Source: Burkholderiaceae bacterium (GTDB taxonomy: Bacteria; Pseudomonadota; Gammaproteobacteria; Burkholderiales; Burkholderiaceae_C). Taken from it: a stretch of DNA of 64,000 nucleotides. The DNA lies in NCBI GenBank assembly GCA_041906185.1, contig JAYRJQ010000018.1, forward strand, positions 14,336-78,335. The letters run 5' to 3'. The position numbers and the translations under genes were made by a program. Under the pieces are notes generated by a model that was given only the letters and a program-made list of their open reading frames with translations, did no database searches and had not been told where the DNA came from. Positions 44,548-53,737 of this stretch are shown piece after piece; the stretch's first letter is position 1; the number at the start of each line of letters is the position of its first letter.

Positions 44548-44560
44548 GTGCGGCCGGCGC

Positions 44561-44607
44561 CTAGTTCTTCCGAACGATGGGGTGCCTGTCGCCTGCTAGT
44601 TCCTCCG
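44561..44607. repeat. two direct repeats CTAGTTC(T/C)TCCG, 35 bp start-to-start
   Basis: Copies lie at 44561-44572 and 44596-44607, just upstream (in the dnr sense) of the FNR box. Confidence 0.5.
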
Positions 44608-44687
44608 GTGTAGCGTCTTCATGGCGACATCGACCAGTTCGCCGGCCGCACACCTTCCCGGTGTGCCCGGCCGCGGTTTGACGGCGC

Positions 44688-46592
44688 TCAGGCCGCCAGC
44701 CGCGCGTACAGCCGGGGCAGGCTGCTGACGAGCTCCTGCGGGCGCCGCAGATGCACGAAGCCCTGCTGCCCGAAGAGATAGGGCAGGTACTCGGCCGGCC
44801 CCTCGTCGATGCTGATGCACATGGGGCTCAGGCCCGCCTGGCGCGCGGCCAGCACGGCCTGGCGGGTGTCCTCCAGGCCCCAGCGCCCTTCGTAGTGATC
44901 CAGGTCATTGGGCTTGCCGTCGGTCAGGAGCAGCAGCAGGCGCTGGCGCTCGGGGCGCTCGCCCAGGCGCTCGGTGGCATGGCGCAGGGCCGCGCCCATG
45001 CGAGTGTAGAAGCCCGGCTTGATCGCCCCTACCCGGTGGCGGGGCTGCGGGCCCCAGCGCTCGTCGAAGGCCTTGAGCTGCTGGATGCGCACCTGCTGGC
45101 GCTTGACCGAGGAGAAGCCGAGCATCTCGAAGGGGTCGCCCAGGCCTGCGAGCGCCTCGCCGAAGACATAGAGCGCATCGCGGATGACGTCGATGACGCG
45201 CATCTCGCCTTGCACGCAGGCGTCGGTGGAGAGGCTCAGGTCGGCCATCAGCAGGCAGGCCAGGCTGCGGTCCTGGCGCTGGGGCTGCTGGAAGACGGGC
45301 GGGGACTCCGCCGAGCGGCGTCCGCCCGTCAGGCGGGTCTCGCTGGCATGGCGCACCCACGCGTCGAGGTCCAGCTCATCGCCCTGGGCCAGTCCCTTCT
45401 GCCAGCGCGGCGCGGCGCGCAGCACCTCGAGACGCCGGCGCATGCGGTGCCCCAGCAGGCGCAGCGCCGGCGGCGGCTGCCAAGGGTCCGGCCGGGCGGC
45501 GACGAAGCGCTGCAGGCCGCAGTAATCCTCGCGCAGCACCTGCGCCTTCCAGTCCCACTCGGGCAGGCGCTCGGGCGCGCCCACGAGGGCGTCGTCTGCG
45601 GCGGCGCTGGGCAGGTCCAGGTCGAAGCGCACCCGCGAGGCCAGGGTCTCGCCGCCCTCGGCCACGTCGAGCTGCTGCATGTCGTTGGCCACGGCGGCGC
45701 CGTCGCTGTCGGGGTCGTCGTCACCGGCGCGGTTGACCTTGACGAACTCCGACCACGACAGCACCGACTCGGCGCGGAACATCAGGATCAGGCCCTGCTT
45801 GCTGCTGCTGTCTTCGTTGCGGCGGGCGCTGCGGCGCTGGCGGTCCTGCGCGGCCTTGCTGCCGGCGGTCGGCGCGGCGCCTTCCTTGCGAGCCGACAGC
45901 GCAAGCGTCGCCGGGGCCGGCTGCAGCCACAGCCAGACGGCACCGAGGCTCTCGGGCTTCAGCGCGCGCGCGGCGGCAGGCAACGCGTCCAGCCGCCCGC
46001 GGGCCTGCAGGGCCTGGCGCAGCAGGCGCTCGGGCGGCGCCTCGGCGCCGAGGGTGTCTGGGTCGGGACGCTGACGCAGATGGGCGTCCAGCAGGCGATC
46101 GTGCAGATCGGCGAGCCCGGGGAAGCGCGCCAGCGCCAGCGCCGTGGCGCGCACATTGGTGGCCACCCAGCCGCCCTGCCCCACTTCAGCGGCTTCCGTG
46201 GCTTCCGTGGCCTCCGTGGCTTTAGCGCCCTCGAGGGCCTCGGCCGCCTCCCAGCAGGACGACAGCGCCGCGAGCCAGAAGTAGAGGCCGCGGTTCAGGG
46301 CCGGGTCGGCAAACACATCGAGCCGGGCCGGCAGGGCCAGCACCTCGGGCCCCAGCTGGGCCTGGGCGGCGCGCTGCTCACTGCCGGCCAGGCGCTGCAG
46401 CCAGCCGCGCGGGCCGCCATGGCGCAGGGCCTGGGCCTCGGCCAGCCGCAGCGCGTGCGAGCCGCCGCCGGCGCGGAACAGCAGCCCCAGGGCGCGCTGC
46501 ACCTGCGCCAGCTCCACGGCGGCCTCCGGATGCCCTTGCTCGGCGGCGCGGGTCACCCAGCGGTGCCAGGTCTTGCCCACCCACTCTTCCAT
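44688..46592 (-). CDS. norD: nitric-oxide reductase activation protein NorD (VWA domain)
   Basis: 634 aa. The C-terminal von Willebrand A domain has MIDAS-like LLMADLSLST...LLLLTDGKPND. It is the last gene of the nor operon. Confidence 0.88.
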   Translation of the reverse strand: MEEWVGKTWHRWVTRAAEQGHPEAAVELAQVQRALGLLFRAGGGSHALRLAEAQALRHGGPRGWLQRLAGSEQRAAQAQLGPEVLALPARLDVFADPALNRGLYFWLAALSSCWEAAEALEGAKATEATEATEAAEVGQGGWVATNVRATALALARFPGLADLHDRLLDAHLRQRPDPDTLGAEAPPERLLRQALQARGRLDALPAAARALKPESLGAVWLWLQPAPATLALSARKEGAAPTAGSKAAQDRQRRSARRNEDSSSKQGLILMFRAESVLSWSEFVKVNRAGDDDPDSDGAAVANDMQQLDVAEGGETLASRVRFDLDLPSAAADDALVGAPERLPEWDWKAQVLREDYCGLQRFVAARPDPWQPPPALRLLGHRMRRRLEVLRAAPRWQKGLAQGDELDLDAWVRHASETRLTGGRRSAESPPVFQQPQRQDRSLACLLMADLSLSTDACVQGEMRVIDVIRDALYVFGEALAGLGDPFEMLGFSSVKRQQVRIQQLKAFDERWGPQPRHRVGAIKPGFYTRMGAALRHATERLGERPERQRLLLLLTDGKPNDLDHYEGRWGLEDTRQAVLAARQAGLSPMCISIDEGPAEYLPYLFGQQGFVHLRRPQELVSSLPRLYARLAA

Positions 46593-47665
46593 CAGGCGGC
46601 CTCCCGATCCGGGCGGGCATCGTTGGTGGCGGGTGCGGCGGTCTCACGGCTCGCGGGCCGCTCGCCGGAGGACGCCAGCTGCTGGGCTTCCAGCTTCTTC
46701 TGGCGCAGGGTCTCGCGCACGGCCTCGAGGCCCACCTGCCACTCCAGCAGCGGCGCCTTGTCACGCCGGCCTTGGGAGCTTTCGCAGGCATCCAGGCACT
46801 GGCCGCACTGCACGCAGGAGAACATCATGCGCTTGATGTTGCGCGGGTTCAGTCGCATGGGGCAGGCGGTGTCGCAGGCCGAGCCGGAGAGGCCGGGGCT
46901 GATGTCGCAGGACTTGCAGTCCCGGGCCTGCTCGCGCTTGAAGGCGACCACCATGCCCCGCGGATTGGCCATCCACATCAGGCTCTGGAAGAGGCCCACG
47001 GCGCAGCCGAAGCGGCAGAAGAGATGGCGGGCAAAGGCGAACTCGGCGGTGAACACCAGCGTGCCGATGCCGATGAAGCGGGCCTGGTTGGGCGTCAGCG
47101 TGCCGTTCCACAGGCCGCTCCACAGCTCCCGCGGGGGCAGCAGATAGCTGGCCAGGGTGATGGCCCACACAAAGCCCAGCAGCGCGCAGGCGAGGCCGAA
47201 CACCGGCCACCAGCGGCCGTCCGGGCGGCGGCCGGCGCGCTTCACGGGCAGGCGGTCCCACAGCGAGAGCTTGCCGATGGCGCGGTGCAGCAGGTCGTTG
47301 AGCAGCTCGACGATGGAGAAATGAGGGCACAGCCAGCCGCAGTACAGCCGGCCGTAGCGCCAGGCCACGAAGAGGAAGCCGCCCACCACGAGCACGATGG
47401 GCAGCAGCGCCTTCAGCAGCAGGTTCAGCGCGGCGTCGGCCCCGCTGGCGCGGCCATGCTGGACGGCGTCCAGGCCCAGATGCCAGGGCTGGCCGAACAG
47501 CCACAGCTGCGTCTCATGGAGATCGAAGCGCAGCAGGTCCAGCAGCGGTGCCGAGACGAACAGCAGGAAGAAGCCCAGCTGCAGGCTGCGGCGCAGGCGC
47601 TGCGAAGGCGCAGAGCGGCCGCCGCCCCCGACGGGCGTCAGCAATGCAGAAGGCGGCCGGTCCAT
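46592..47665 (-). CDS. NapH/CcoG-type integral-membrane polyferredoxin (function unknown)
   Basis: 357 aa with about 4 TM helices. Two CxxxC(P) motifs lie at TM ends (YCGWLCPHF, FCRFGCAVG). They are followed by CKSC..(10 aa)..CDTACP and CVQCGQCLDAC ferredoxin motifs. The stop overlaps the norD ATG (TGATG), and the start lies 1 nt after the norQ stop. Confidence 0.75.
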   Translation of the reverse strand: MDRPPSALLTPVGGGGRSAPSQRLRRSLQLGFFLLFVSAPLLDLLRFDLHETQLWLFGQPWHLGLDAVQHGRASGADAALNLLLKALLPIVLVVGGFLFVAWRYGRLYCGWLCPHFSIVELLNDLLHRAIGKLSLWDRLPVKRAGRRPDGRWWPVFGLACALLGFVWAITLASYLLPPRELWSGLWNGTLTPNQARFIGIGTLVFTAEFAFARHLFCRFGCAVGLFQSLMWMANPRGMVVAFKREQARDCKSCDISPGLSGSACDTACPMRLNPRNIKRMMFSCVQCGQCLDACESSQGRRDKAPLLEWQVGLEAVRETLRQKKLEAQQLASSGERPASRETAAPATNDARPDREAA

Positions 47666-47666
47666 G

Positions 47667-48500
47667 TCAATCCAGTACGGCGCCCACCACCTCGGCGAGT
47701 GCGGCCGCGGTGTCGGCCTCGTCGGTCAGGGCATCGACGATGGCGGCCTGGACGGCCAGGCACAGCGGCAGGCCGGCCACGGCCAGGCGGGCGGCGGCGA
47801 CCAGCAGACGGGTGCTGACGGTCTCCTCGAGGTCATGCTCGCCCAGGCGGCGCAGGGCCGAGGCCAGGCGCACGAGCTGCTGGGACAGGCGCTCCTCGCA
47901 GGCCGATTCGGTCTGCACGATGCGCTGCTCGACCTCGGGCTCGGGATAGCCCATCTGCAGCGCGACGAAGCGCTGCCGGGTGCTCGGCTTGAGGCTCTTG
48001 AGCAGGTTCTGGTAGCCGGGGTTGTAGGAGATCACCAGCATGAAGCCGGGCGCCGCGGCGATCTGCTCGCCGGTGCGCTCGATGGGCAGCATGCGGCGGT
48101 CGTCCGCCAGCGGATGCAGCACCACCGTGGTGTCGCGGCGCGCCTCCACCACCTCGTCGAGGTAGCAGATCGCGCCCTGGCGCACGGCCCGCGTCAGCGG
48201 CCCGTCGCTCCAGACGGTGGCGCCGTCCTGGATCAGGAAGCGGCCCACCAGGTCGGCTGCCGTGAGGTCGTCATGGCAGCTGACCGTGATGAGGGGGCGG
48301 CCCAGGCGGGCCGCCATATGCTCGACGAATCGAGTCTTGCCGCAGCCCGTGGGCCCCTTGATGAGCAGGGGCAGGCGCTGGGCATGCGCATGAGCGAAGA
48401 CCCGGCATTCCTCTCCCTGTTCCGCGTAGAAAGGCGCTTCACCTTGCCCCAGCTGGGCGGCGGTTACCTGGAGTCTGTCCACCGGGTCCTCCTCGTTCAC
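47667..48500 (-). CDS. norQ: NorQ/CbbQ-type MoxR AAA+ ATPase
   Basis: 277 aa from a GTG start. Walker A is GPTGCGKTR and Walker B is ICYLDEV. Confidence 0.9.
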   Translation of the reverse strand: MNEEDPVDRLQVTAAQLGQGEAPFYAEQGEECRVFAHAHAQRLPLLIKGPTGCGKTRFVEHMAARLGRPLITVSCHDDLTAADLVGRFLIQDGATVWSDGPLTRAVRQGAICYLDEVVEARRDTTVVLHPLADDRRMLPIERTGEQIAAAPGFMLVISYNPGYQNLLKSLKPSTRQRFVALQMGYPEPEVEQRIVQTESACEERLSQQLVRLASALRRLGEHDLEETVSTRLLVAAARLAVAGLPLCLAVQAAIVDALTDEADTAAALAEVVGAVLD

Positions 48501-48507
48501 AGGTCAA

Positions 48508-49974
<1,467 letters not shown>

Positions 49975-50406
49975 TCAGCCTTCGATGTTGGGGGGCCACT
50001 GCTCGGTGTTGATCTCGCCGGTCCACTTGAGGAACTCGACCAGGTCATTGAGCTGCTGCTCGTCCAGGTTGAACTGGGGCATCTGGCGGCGGCCCTCGGC
50101 GTGCGTGGGCTGGGCCTTCATCCAGGCCTTGATGAAATCACCGCCACGGCGCTTGTAGACGTTGCCCAGCTCAGGCGCGAAGTACGCGCCCTCGCCCAGC
50201 AGCGTGTGGCAGCCGATGCAGTTGCGCGTCTCCCAGATCTTCTTGCCCGCGACGACGGCCGGGGTGATGGCCTGAGCATTGGAGCGCTGCGGGATGCGCT
50301 GCTCGGTGTGGAACACGATGGCCGCGAACAGGAGGGCGAAGAAGACGGATCCGCCCCAGAACATGTTTCGTGCCATCTGCTTGGTGAAACCGCTGCCCTG
50401 ACTCAT
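49975..50406 (-). CDS. norC: nitric-oxide reductase cytochrome c subunit NorC
   Basis: 143 aa with an N-terminal TM anchor and a CIGCH haem site. Confidence 0.93.
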   Translation of the reverse strand: MSQGSGFTKQMARNMFWGGSVFFALLFAAIVFHTEQRIPQRSNAQAITPAVVAGKKIWETRNCIGCHTLLGEGAYFAPELGNVYKRRGGDFIKAWMKAQPTHAEGRRQMPQFNLDEQQLNDLVEFLKWTGEINTEQWPPNIEG

Positions 50407-50468
50407 GGGGCCTCCTTGCGTGGATCAAACAGATGGCCGCAAGACTAGGGGCGCGGAGGTCAAGAATC

Positions 50469-50484
50469 CTTGAACCGGTTCAAG
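50469..50484. promoter_or_regulatory. DNR/NNR-type box upstream of norC
   Basis: Perfect 16-bp palindrome CTTGAACCGGTTCAAG with its centre about 70 nt upstream of the norC ATG. It is nearly identical to the nirS/nirE box. Confidence 0.7.
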
Positions 50485-50530
50485 AACCGGGAAAGTCCGA
50501 AAGATATAAGCAAAATATAGCTATTGACAA

Positions 50531-50556
50531 AGAGAAAAGCCGCCCGGAGGCGGCTT
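50531..50556 (-). terminator. yggL terminator
   Basis: The minus strand reads AAGCCGCC-TCCG-GGCGGCTT followed by TTCTCTTTG. Confidence 0.6.
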
Positions 50557-50589
50557 GGCGGCGGTGGGACCGCTCGTGGCGGGTGCGAC

Positions 50590-51003
50590 TCAGACCTCGG
50601 TCAGCTGCAGTTCCTCGTCGCGCGGGTACCAGGCATCCACCCAGGCACTGACGCGCACCTGCGCCACGGCCGGGCAGGCCTTGAGCCAGGCGGCGGCGGC
50701 GTCGCGCTGGGCGTCGGTGACGGAGCCGCGACCCAGCGTGCCGACGAAGCCGTCGGTCTCCGACAGGGGCACCCAGCCCCCCAGACCACCGATCTGCAGG
50801 CCCAGAGCGGCCAGGGCCGGATAGACGGCGTCACAGAAGGCATCCAGGGCGGCGTCGTCCAGGGCCGACTTGAACTTCAGCTCGACCCAGAAGCCCAGCT
50901 CCTGGAACTCGCCGACATACAGCTTCTTGCGCTGGCGGCGGTTGAGACGGGAGAGGCGGCGCTTGGACAGGGAGGGGACGGTGTGTTGAGTCATGGGGCG
51001 CAT
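50590..51003 (-). CDS. yggL: YggL-family (DUF469) 50S-subunit-associated protein
   Basis: SRLNRRQRKKLYVGEFQELGFWVELKF matches the remembered E. coli YggL N-terminal motif RRLRKKMHIDEFQELGF. Confidence 0.8.
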   Translation of the reverse strand: MRPMTQHTVPSLSKRRLSRLNRRQRKKLYVGEFQELGFWVELKFKSALDDAALDAFCDAVYPALAALGLQIGGLGGWVPLSETDGFVGTLGRGSVTDAQRDAAAAWLKACPAVAQVRVSAWVDAWYPRDEELQLTEV

Positions 51004-51054
51004 TCTACGGACCTGTCGTCCAGCCCTGCCCCGCCTCCCCCGCGCCGCGCCGCC

Positions 51055-52197
51055 TCAATCCTTCAGCACGGTCATCGGATCCACCAGGCGAACGTCGTGC
51101 ATCTGCTGGAGGTAGGCCTCGTAGTAGCCCTTGTGCGAGGCCCCCACGATGGACAGCATGCGGCTCCCCGGCTGCTGCGCCAGGACCTCCCGCATATGGG
51201 CCACCATGCGCAGATTGCGCGTCTCCCAGGCGCCGACGTAGCTGCGACCGAAGCCCTGCGGCGACGGCTCGGCCAGGGCGGCCCCGAAATCGGAGCGGTA
51301 GACCCGCTCGGGCGCGCCGGGCGCATTGCAGTCCTGGTAGAGCGCCAGCACGCCGCCCACCTTGGAGAGCCCCTCCCGCAGGACCTGGTCCCGCGCCCGG
51401 CGGGCACGGGCGGCCTCGTTGTCCCAGGCCTGGCGGATGGCGGCCTCCTGGGCCTGCGTGTCGGCCGGGTCGGGGAGGTCCGACGTGTGGTCGTCCACGC
51501 TGAACACGCGCTGCAGACCCATCTCGACGGCCAGCGGCGCGGCGATCCAGCTGTCCTCGCTCGCCCGCGCACGCAGGCGCTCGAGGCGAGCCACCAGAGC
51601 GTCATCGAGGCCCTCCCCCGCCTGGCGCTCGGCCGCGGGCAGGTACAGCCACTGCACCAGCGCCGAGACGGACTCGCCGCCCGCCAGGAACACCGCGGCC
51701 AGGCGCCGGCGCTGGGCGGGCGCAGGCTCGGCCGGCCAGGCGGCCAGCAGGCGCTCGGCCTCCTGGTTGGCCTGCACCACGTCCAGCCCGGTGGCGCGGG
51801 CCGCCGGGGCCACCTCCGGACAGTAGGACTTCACCGTGTCGGCATAGCGGGCCGGCTGTCGACGCAAGGCATCGCATTGCAGGCCGGACAGCCGCTCCAC
51901 CGCGATCAGCTGCGGGCGCCACTGCCGCAAGCGCGCCAGCAGCGGCGCGAGCTGGTCCTGGCGCAGCTGTCCCTCGAACTCGCCGAGGTGTGGTGTGCCC
52001 AGCACCAGCACCTGGTTGGGCGCCCCCGCCGGCGCCCCGGGATACGCCTCTGGCAGAAAGGCCGGCCGGTAGGCGGCGGCCACCGGCGCGGCCTGGGCGT
52101 GAGCGCCTGCGGAGGTGAGGGCCAAGCCTGCCGCGGCCAGCACCGCAGCCAGCACGGGCGCCTGAATGGGCAAGGTTCGAATGTTCCTGGGGTTCAT
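51055..52197 (-). CDS. secreted hypothetical protein (possibly TraB/GumN/DUF5694-like)
   Basis: The signal peptide ends at ...TSAGAHAQA. An LVLGTPHL motif lies near the N-terminus and an IVGASHKGYY motif near the C-terminus. The family call is tentative. Confidence 0.5.
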   Translation of the reverse strand: MNPRNIRTLPIQAPVLAAVLAAAGLALTSAGAHAQAAPVAAAYRPAFLPEAYPGAPAGAPNQVLVLGTPHLGEFEGQLRQDQLAPLLARLRQWRPQLIAVERLSGLQCDALRRQPARYADTVKSYCPEVAPAARATGLDVVQANQEAERLLAAWPAEPAPAQRRRLAAVFLAGGESVSALVQWLYLPAAERQAGEGLDDALVARLERLRARASEDSWIAAPLAVEMGLQRVFSVDDHTSDLPDPADTQAQEAAIRQAWDNEAARARRARDQVLREGLSKVGGVLALYQDCNAPGAPERVYRSDFGAALAEPSPQGFGRSYVGAWETRNLRMVAHMREVLAQQPGSRMLSIVGASHKGYYEAYLQQMHDVRLVDPMTVLKD

Positions 52198-52695
52198 GTC
52201 CACTACCTTTTGACGTCATCTGATGAGTCACCGAGCCGCCTCGGAGGGGCAGACCGGCTCGGGCAATCCAGCAGCGAGACGATGGACGGGCGCCAGGGCT
52301 CGTTGCATGAGCGGCATGGTGCAGACCCGGCGATGCCTCGACACGCGACTTCAGACGAACTGCGCCAGCCGACGCGTCAGGCGCAGCGGCGGCGGCTGAA
52401 GCGCAAGGCGTCCTGGATGCCGCGTGCCCTGGCGCCTGCCGGCATGCGACGGTCTGTCCAGCAGCGCTTGCGGGGGTCAGGTCTTGCCATTTGCAGCAGG
52501 CGCGCGGCGAGGGGCCTTGCTGTGCCCGGCGCTGTCGAGGCTGCAGGCGCTGACGAGCGCCGCGTGCGACGGCGAGCAACGCAGGTCGGCGTTACGGCCC
52601 ACACGGATGCCTCCACGCGCGGGATCGAGCGTCTGTCTCCCGACAGACCCAGCCCCAGCCCCTGATGCAGCGGGCCCACGCGAGGCCCAGACAGC

Positions 52696-52725
52696 AAAAA
52701 GCCCGGTACTTTTCAGTACCGGGCT
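52696..52725 (-). terminator. tRNA-Pro terminator
   Basis: The minus strand reads AGCCCGGTAC-TGAAAA-GTACCGGGCT followed by TTTTT. Confidence 0.75.
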
Positions 52726-52737
52726 CGTGCTTATCTT

Positions 52738-52814
52738 TGGTCGGGGTGGCGGGATTCGAACTCGCGACCCCTTGCACCCCATGCAAGTGCGCTACCAGGC
52801 TGCGCTACACCCCG
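52738..52814 (-). tRNA. tRNA-Pro(GGG)
   Basis: The reverse complement reads CGGGGTGTAGCGCAGCCTGGTAGCGCACTTGCATGGGGTGCAAGGGGTCGCGAGTTCGAATCCCGCCACCCCGACCA. It has a GGG anticodon and an encoded CCA. Confidence 0.9.
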
Positions 52815-52827
52815 ACGAAGAAGAAAG

Positions 52828-52857
52828 ATTATAGAACGATTTTTTAGAGTTGTGCAA
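52828..52857 (-). promoter_or_regulatory. sigma70-type promoter for tRNA-Pro
   Basis: The minus strand reads TTGCAC-N18-TATAAT, ending about 13 nt before the tRNA 5' end. The -35 element lies inside the merR-family gene 3' end. Confidence 0.5.
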
Positions 52858-53320
52858 GTAGTGTCGAACGAATTGCCAATAATTCTTCGCGCACCTGCTC
52901 CAGGCTCAGTTTCTCCACGCTGACGCTCAGGCGGGCGGACTCGTGCTTGTCGGCGGCCATGGCCATCGCCTGGCTGTGCGAGGCCTCGAGGGCGTGCAGC
53001 TCCTCGGCCAGCGCCTCGGCGGCGACGGCCTCCTCGTGGAAGCTGGCAGCCGTCTCCGGGCGAGCCAGACCATCGGCCAGCTGGTTGCGGGCCCCGCTGA
53101 TGGTGAAGCCCTGGTCATAGAGCAGGTCACGGATCCGGCGGATCAGCAGCACCTCGTGGTGCTGGTAATAGCGCCGGTTGCCGCGCCGCTTCATGGGCTT
53201 GAGCTGCGTGAACTCCTGCTCCCAGTAGCGCAGCACATAGGGCTTCACGCCGCACAGCTCGCTCACCTCACCGATGGTGAAGTAGCGTTTGGCGGGAATG
53301 GCGGGAAGCGCTTTGTCCAT
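52844..53320 (-). CDS. MerR-family transcriptional regulator
   Basis: [37 protein letters not shown]...RRGNRRYY is a MerR-type HTH. It occupies the conserved position after ihfA. Confidence 0.88.
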   Translation of the reverse strand: MDKALPAIPAKRYFTIGEVSELCGVKPYVLRYWEQEFTQLKPMKRRGNRRYYQHHEVLLIRRIRDLLYDQGFTISGARNQLADGLARPETAASFHEEAVAAEALAEELHALEASHSQAMAMAADKHESARLSVSVEKLSLEQVREELLAIRSTLLAQL

Positions 53321-53354
53321 TGAAATCAAGGGCTTCAGGTGGGGAGGTCAGACT

Positions 53355-53723
53355 CTACTCGAAGTCCTCGTCGCCGGGAACATCCCCCTGCACCACCCCC
53401 TTGAGTTTGTGGCTCGCATGGAAGGTCACGACGTTGCGCGCCTTGATGGGGATGGACTCGCCCGTGCGCGGGTTGCGGCCCGGGCGCGGCGCCTTGCGAC
53501 GGATGTTGAAATTGCCGAATCCCGACAGCTTCACTTCGCGCCCCTGCACCAGGCTGTCATGGATGATGTCGAAGAAGGCCTCGACCATGTCCTTGGACTC
53601 GCGCTTGTTCAGGCCCAGCTTGTCGAACAGCAGTTCGGCCAGCTCCGCCTTGGTCAGCGTGGGCGTCTCCAGGCTGGGCAACAGCACCGGGCCGCCCGCT
53701 GGTTTCATCTCGTCCGTGCTCAT
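53355..53723 (-). CDS. ihfA: integration host factor alpha subunit
   Basis: [32 protein letters not shown]...[26 protein letters not shown]. Confidence 0.95.
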   Translation of the reverse strand: MSTDEMKPAGGPVLLPSLETPTLTKAELAELLFDKLGLNKRESKDMVEAFFDIIHDSLVQGREVKLSGFGNFNIRRKAPRPGRNPRTGESIPIKARNVVTFHASHKLKGVVQGDVPGDEDFE

Positions 53724-53737
53724 GCGAAAGCTCCTCC

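Noticed and set aside
44596-44820. 74-aa minus-strand ORF in the norD-dnr spacer.
   Set aside because: It overlaps the 3' end of norD in another frame, has no ribosome-binding site, and is Arg/Ala/Pro-rich. It is most likely non-coding promoter DNA for dnr.
50486-50497. GGGAAAGTCCG, reminiscent of the RNase P RNA GGAAAGUCCGG motif.
   Set aside because: It is only an 11-nt match inside the AT-rich norC promoter region. None of the other conserved RNase P helices or motifs is nearby.
52424-52834. Plus-strand 136-aa ORF and minus-strand 101-aa ORF (52477-52782) near tRNA-Pro.
   Set aside because: Both run through the tRNA-Pro gene and its terminator and have no family-like sequence.
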